From contig NW_027266270.1 in the NCBI RefSeq assembly GCF_022045235.1, forward strand, positions 12,400,001-12,464,000: a stretch of 64,000 nucleotides of DNA, read 5' to 3'. Positions 57,788 to 64,000 of the stretch are shown piece after piece (position 1 is the first letter of the stretch; each line of letters starts with the position of its first letter). The notes under the pieces are model-generated. The model did no database searches, was not told the DNA's origin, and was given only the letters and a program-made list of their open reading frames with translations. Position numbers and translations under genes: made by a program. Origin of the DNA: Haliotis cracherodii (taxonomy: Eukaryota).

Positions 57788-59254
57788 TACCTCCTTGTAA
57801 TGTGTAGCAGAGACTGTAGTAGGGTTCAAGAAAGCAAGCGTCAGGCTGTGTATGAAAATATTTGTATCTGTATCAGGTATCTGGATTGCAATATGTATTG
57901 CGATATACTGGGAGCTAAAGTGTTTGTCAGTGATTGACACTGATTGTACATGCTGATTCTATTTTCTGAATACTTAAGTAAATATTACGATGTCAGAATC
58001 AGCATGGTCAGTCGCTGCCATTTTGAGAGACGCTAGACTTTCAGTCAACAGCAAGCAATTGTATGGATGGCAACTTCTTTGTTTACACTGTTGTGATATC
58101 TCAGTACAGAAGCTAGAACCATGAGATGCTTGTTATTTCCTTACCCAAGTTCTATGTCAATCAAGAACTATCAGACCACACAATGCTGGATCCCTGGTTA
58201 TCAGTCAAAACAATCAGTATCACGAGTTGTTCCGATTATCAATAGGAGAACGGACAAAGGTGATTAATTTTCAGTAATTCGTGCTGAGCATTATAACCAT
58301 TGTTCGCATTGTTGCAATTATTTTAAAATGACATCATTGATTGTTCCTGATGTCATGGCAACGTGTGACAATGTTCCAACAACAGAGTGACTGAGTTGGT
58401 GTCTTCCTTTGTGATCAGGAAGCCAACACTGTTCTGCTGTTTCTTAGGAAAAACACTGTGGGTAATATCAAGAATATCCTCACAGAGTTACGGATTATGC
58501 CTCAGGTGAAATAATGTTGAAAGTCATTCACCGAGGCTTGAAACTTAAAACATTAATTCCCCCGGGACCGATAATCTGTAACTCCTTGTTCATAGGTTGA
58601 TCTCTAAGTAATATGAATAGAGAACCACACCCGAGTGTCTTTTGATATCAAATATATCAACATGAGTTGATAAAAGTCGAGGCTTTATCATCCAACATCA
58701 TTCTTCCAACTTTTTCAGTTTGTAGACAGTAATTAGCAGTGTCTTCAGTTTAAAAAGTACTGCTAACAGCTTCAGTAGCAGAGCCATTAGTGATGTCATT
58801 TGATTGTGACGTCATGGTAACCAATGACGTCACAATGGTCTGCAAAACATTGTGATGCAATTTCATTGCAGCGATATCTACAGTATAGATATTGCTTGAT
58901 CTCACCCAACAATATCTCCTGTGGGAGCCAGTTTTGGATTATAAACATGCTATGTATGTTGCATTGGATATACCCCTAGTAATTAATTTTAAGAGTCCTT
59001 GCAGGCAATATGAGGGTCCTGTGAAGTATTGAAATGGTGTTGTGTACTGTACAGTGAGATACTTACTTAGAGCCTGGAATGAATCATGTGGACAGTGGTC
59101 ATGATTGATGAGTGAAATAAGTTATTTCAAATAACTACTCTTGATGCTCTGTAAGTACAGGGAATGTTTCTGCGTCTGTTCTCTACATTTGTGCATCGCA
59201 TATAACCCTATTATATGCTGTGAATATTTGTGCCTATAACTCCTGTTCAAGAGA

Positions 59255-59533
59255 GGGGGCACAGGTGACCCAGTCATCTAAGGCGCCGCAATTGGCTGTG
59301 CAGCGTTGCGTCCCTTGGGCATGCCAGAAACCTATGATTGTGGGTTTGAACCCTGGTTTGCCCAGTGATGTTTCTAGGTTTGTCAGCACCATACCCATGC
59401 TCGTGGGTTTCACCAAAGTGGTAAACGTCTGAGACCTGCATCACTTCGGACTTTCCTCCCACATTAAGCTGACACACTGTGCCATAACTGGAATAGTGTA
59501 AAAAGTGGCGTTAAACCCAACTCACTCACTCAC
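59255..59533 (+). mobile_element. SINE (family 2)
   Basis: Full head-to-tail match; flanks CTGTTCAAGAGA / CTGTACAAGAGA. Confidence 0.85.
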
Positions 59534-59917
59534 TGTACAAGAGAAGATAATAATGTATTCCGTGTGAGAGGTTGACATTGGTTGTGATGAAGGACATTAA
59601 ATGTTTGTGATTTGTTTTTGATAGTTTTGAGTTATTATTTCGTCAAAATGCTGGAGCCTAGTGGTATTTCTGGGGCAGAGTAGATGGTCACCAGTAGTCA
59701 AAGGTGTGGGTGGAGGTGGCTGACTGTTTGTACTAGTCTGGCCAGCTTTACTGTGCCAGCCCACTGAGATACCATGCCCCAGTTTAACATGGATATCCGA
59801 CATAGACACAGTATACTGACCCCAAGCCGACAAGTCCGTGTGTCGTCCCCTTAACACTGAGTGCCAGACAGGGCACAAGAACAACTTCTTTGAGAGGCAT
59901 TTAGAAGTTGGAGTACT

Positions 59918-60012
59918 AAGTAAGGATAAGATTTATGGATGAACAACTTCTTTATTACAATTAGCAGTGACGTTTCGGTGTAGGTTCTAAGACCATTATC
60001 AGGCAAGTGATG
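59918..60012 (-). mobile_element. Penelope-like fragment with a degenerate hammerhead ribozyme motif
   Basis: Minus strand CCTGATAATGGT..ACCGAAACGTC..AATAAA; related pieces at 29440-29485 and 63938-64000. Confidence 0.5.
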
Positions 60013-61287
60013 GCTGTCATCAAGACATGGATCATTGCACATGATGTCAACAGCTGGTTTGCCTTGCCTAAACTTGATTAATTACAGGCCACCAAGATGA
60101 AGCTGAAATGCTGATGACTGGCATAAAACAGCTTTTACTCACTCACTCCATCACTCTCACAACATGCCAGAATAAGGACTTAGTTTGAGAAAAAAAGTCA
60201 ACTTTCTTCTGTTAGTGACTTTTTTCATGCTTGAGGTGATTGTGTATTACACAATATCGTTGTTGGGATTCGGGGTTAGAATTGGTTTCAAGCAACCTAT
60301 GCTTGTCATAAGAAGCGACTTAATGGTTTTGTTTCAGACTCCACGATTCAGGTTGATTGTGTATCATCATACCCAATAGCATAGGACGTTGCTCATAACA
60401 TCAATCACATAACATCATCATTTTTAGTCACTGAGTGTCACGTTGAAGAACAAATAAACAAAACACCAAATTTTAACCATTTTGAAGCATCACTTTTGTT
60501 GTATTCAACACAGACATCAACACAATGGACAATGGAAGAGCATGTATTATATTATTACAGTATTTTTGCATCATTACACAATAGTATTAGGTCTGGGGCA
60601 TATGCTGGATCAGTGGTTATGGCCCAAGCAAACTGGTGGTCGATAGTGTGAGGAAAGCTGAACACTACCAATTCCAGGTGGTTGTCCACTTAATAGTTAT
60701 TCAAGTTTGCCATTTTGACCACCAAATCCACAATATATACATGCCGGCATTGACAGATAAACACTATATTACCCGCATAAATACGGTTATGTTGACAATA
60801 CCTTACTCACATTAAGGGAACCTGTCAAGATCCAGGTTAGAATAGTCCTCAGCAAACCATGCTTGTACTTAGAGGCAGTTAACCAATCCGGTGGTCAGGC
60901 TCCCGGACTTGGTTGATACATGTTATCGTATCTCAGTTGGGTAGAGTGATGTGCATTCAATCTCTGGATCATCTACATTATTTTCAGGCCGCCGTCATAA
61001 ACTTGGAATATTGCCGAGAGCAGCGTTCAACAAACAACACATTGTGGGGACATAAGTGGTCCAGTCTTCTGAGGCGCCTTCGCTCTTGGGACCTCGTGAA
61101 GAACGTGTCTCCGGCACCTCATAGTCCTAATACGAAACAGGTGACTATTTTGGGAACCTGCGGTGATTCCGGGTTAGACGTAGTCCCAAACAACCTAAGC
61201 TTGTCGTAAAAGGTGAATGAGAGGATTAGGTAGTAAGGTTCGGTGACTTGGTTGACTGCGTGCGAACGTATCCCCACGGCGTGGATT

Positions 61288-61343
<56 letters not shown>

Positions 61344-61464
61344 CAAGCTGATATAACTGTACTTTTCAAGGCAGCGTCACACTAACTCACTCACAAAGTA
61401 GAGCTATCTGTTATTCTTGCTATATGAGCACACCTCAGAATAAGGCTATTTAGTACGTGATGAG

Positions 61465-61705
61465 ACCGCCTCCGTGGTCTAGTGGTAGGGCGTCCGCCCG
61501 GAGTGCGGAATGGGGTTCGATCCCTGGTTGCGCCATGCCACGAGACGTTTTAAATGGTACTTGTGGTTACCCTGTCAGGCGCGCGGCATAACGAGGCTAA
61601 AACAAGGACTGCATGGTCAGCTCGGAGTCAGTATACTGTGTCTGAGTAGGGTATTCATGTACTTAAACTGCGGCATGGTATCTCAGTGAGCTAGTACTAT
61701 AAACT
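61465..61705 (+). mobile_element. tRNA-derived SINE, family 4 (Meta-SINE-like core); a reverse relic lies at about 59700-59890
   Basis: A box GTGGTCTAGTGG and B box GGTTCGATCCC, followed by AAATGGTAC..GTCAGTATACTGTGTCTGAGTAGGG. Confidence 0.65.
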
Positions 61706-62155
61706 CTAACCTATTATGTGATGAAATACCGTACTTATTTAAAAAAATATAATTGATAGCTCTCAAGTGAAATACGACGGTTATGCAGAACCTATTTTCG
61801 GTCTCCTTCAAAAACGATGACTGTTACAGTAACATGGTGAAGATCATTCAGGAAGAAAATACATAATATATAGATTGGTTGGTTGATGTGTTGTTTAACG
61901 TCGCGCTCAGTAATATTCCAGCTATATGATGGCGGTCATAATATATAGAACGTATGTGCTTTCTTTTGAAATAAACTGAACATGTAAACTTTTTCACGTC
62001 GTGGATGAGATACATACCGTATGTTGCTTGACAAGGAAAACCAAATATCCTCCTATTTATTCTTTAATATTCTGAGTAGAACGTGATATGACAGACAAAT
62101 CAATTCCTTATCAATTCCGTTTCTAACCATACACGCCAGAACAGACATTGTTCAT

Positions 62156-62191
62156 GACGTCATCATACAATGACGTCACAACATCCGGAAT
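62156..62191. promoter_or_regulatory. Tandem CRE (TGACGTCA) sites plus an ETS-like CCGGAA
   Basis: TGACGTCA at about 62156 and 62171, and CCGGAA at about 62185, upstream of the coiled-coil ORF. Confidence 0.45.
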
Positions 62192-62234
62192 AACGATTGT
62201 ATTGTTTTGCATAGTAACTTTACCACACATAATC

Positions 62235-62606
62235 ATGGCCTCGTGCTCTAACATCGATCGAAGAGGGACAATGGCAGAAGCGTTTGTCTTGAGCTATTAT
62301 CAGAACATCGCAGAGGAAGAGTTCGCTAAGGCTGAAAAATGTTTGGAAAAACTTGCCAAGATGAAGCAAGAGACTAATGATCTAATCCAGAGCTGTCAAG
62401 ACCTCAACAAGGACTGTTCCCGGATGCAGGAGAGATGTACGAAGCTAAACCGTGGTAGCGTTGAACTTAAAAAGACAATTTCCAAACATAATGAACAGAT
62501 AAAGGATATCATCTACCTGGACAAAGTTATCGATCACCTGAACGACGTCGCCAGCAAAATGAAGTTGGTTCCGCTTGTTGTTGATGCTGATTCGAAGGAG
62601 GTGTGA
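62235..62606 (+). CDS. Small coiled-coil protein of unknown function (about 123 aa)
   Basis: ATCATGG start, heptad-rich E/K/L sequence, and tandem CRE motifs upstream. Confidence 0.55.
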   Translation: MASCSNIDRRGTMAEAFVLSYYQNIAEEEFAKAEKCLEKLAKMKQETNDLIQSCQDLNKDCSRMQERCTKLNRGSVELKKTISKHNEQIKDIIYLDKVIDHLNDVASKMKLVPLVVDADSKEV

Positions 62607-63099
62607 GTGAGGGGCCTCGTCGAGTCCCCGTGTCGGAACAAGTGGTTGAGGTGAAGCGAATGGTTTGCCAATTAGAGACTGAGACTGATATTAGTCAGTG
62701 AACATTGTGAAGCTTCAGATATTATGTGATAATTTAATGTTTGTACATGTGTACTGTAATGGTACATAATATCATGTTTCTATTTTTCCATGTGAAGTGA
62801 AATTCAGGATTGTGTCGTATGATTCGAATGAGTCACGAATAACATTTATCATGAGTCATAAGATCTACGTCTTTTTTGGACGACTTCAAAAGAAGAGGTG
62901 TCATGATACAATTTAAATATTCCGAATGGAGTTGCGGAAACACAAAGGGGGTTTACTCAAGAAATACTGTGTATTATGCATGGCATGTTGTTTCATGAAC
63001 GTATTCTGATGATGGCAATATATTGGATTCTGTATAAATTTGTAAAGCGATCTTTTGTATTTACGATTGAAGGAAGAAGCAAACGGCGAAGGAGCAGGA

Positions 63100-63448
63100 A
63101 CGTCTGGGTTCGAATCCCGGTTCAACCCGATTGTTTCTTGATTAGTCCGCACTATGTCCGTGCTCGTGGGTTTCACCAAAGATGTAAACGTCCCTTCAGA
63201 CTTTCCTTCCACAGGGGCGGTCGGGTAGCCTAATGGATAAAGCGTTCGATCATCACGCCGAAGACCCGGGTCCGATTCCCGACATGGGTACAATGCGTGA
63301 AGCCCATTTTTGGTGTTCCCCGCCGTGCTATTGCTTGAATATTGCTAAAAGCGGCGTAAAACCATACTCACTCACTGACTTTCCTTCCACATTAGCTGAT
63401 ACGTCGTGACCTACAGTTCAAAGCAGCGTTATACCCTACTCGCTCACT
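63100..63448 (+). mobile_element. Old family-2 SINE with a family-1 SINE (63214-63376) nested inside
   Basis: The inner SINE is flanked by the 15-bp duplication GACTTTCCTTCCACA. Confidence 0.82.
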
Positions 63449-63629
63449 CACACCAGATTATCAAAAGGTCAACCCCTTGTACATTAAAGCTTAAGACATC
63501 AATGCCACATTGCCAGTCAACTTGTTGATCGGAGGTGCCATTCCAAGAGAACAATGTGCGTGCACCTGCAATATGTACCGTCAAGTACTGGGAGTTAAGT
63601 CTTGAATTGAGGCATTTCTCGGAAGTTGA

Positions 63630-63903
63630 TGGTTGGTTGGTTGGTTGTTTGTTGTTTAACGCCGCACTCAGCAATATTCCAGCTATATGACGCCGGTCTG
63701 AAAATAATCGAGTCTGAACCAGACATTCCAGTGACTGATATCATGAGCATCGATCCACGCAAATGGGATCGATGACATGCATCAACCAAGTCAGCTAGCC
63801 TGACCACTCGATCCCGTTAGTCGCCTTTTACGACAAGCATCTAGTCGCCTTTTACGGCAAGAATGGATTGCTGAAGACTTATTCTACCCCGCATCTTCAT
63901 GGG
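63630..63903 (-). mobile_element. SINE (family 3)
   Basis: Reverse family-3 body; flanked by CGGAAGTTGATGG on both sides. Confidence 0.82.
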
Positions 63904-64000
63904 AACGGAAGTTGATGGATGACAAAGTAGACACAATTTAAGGATAACAACTACTTTACTTTACTGTAATGGCGACGTTTCGGTATAGATCCTGGTTCAT

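Overview
Eukaryotic, repeat-rich animal DNA. The SINE repertoire with (ACTC)n/(AAAC)n tails suggests a gastropod mollusc, possibly abalone; this is an inference. Genes: the 5' six exons of AATF/Bfr2 (minus strand, running off the left edge); a cluster of four single-coding-exon paralogs plus one degraded fragment; a 7-finger C2H2 zinc-finger gene; and a small coiled-coil ORF. The four paralogs encode an unusual predicted multi-pass Ig-TIR receptor: 3 N-terminal hydrophobic helices, an Ig domain, a Cys/aromatic-rich module, a TM, a TIR domain and a C-terminal hydrophobic tail. They form a large inverted duplication, A>B> ... <B'<A', with arms of about 11.0-22.5 kb and 34.8-48.6 kb. The gene ends track the duplication (A~A', B~B'), whereas the central part and the start of the TIR track the tandem neighbour (A~B, A'~B'), which points to gene conversion. 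B' carries a single TGG>TAG stop. The rest of the window is SINEs, Tc1/mariner relics, MITEs, a tRNA-bearing TRIM (Helenus-like), hairpin-ended elements and three tandem arrays, two of which visibly arose inside transposons.
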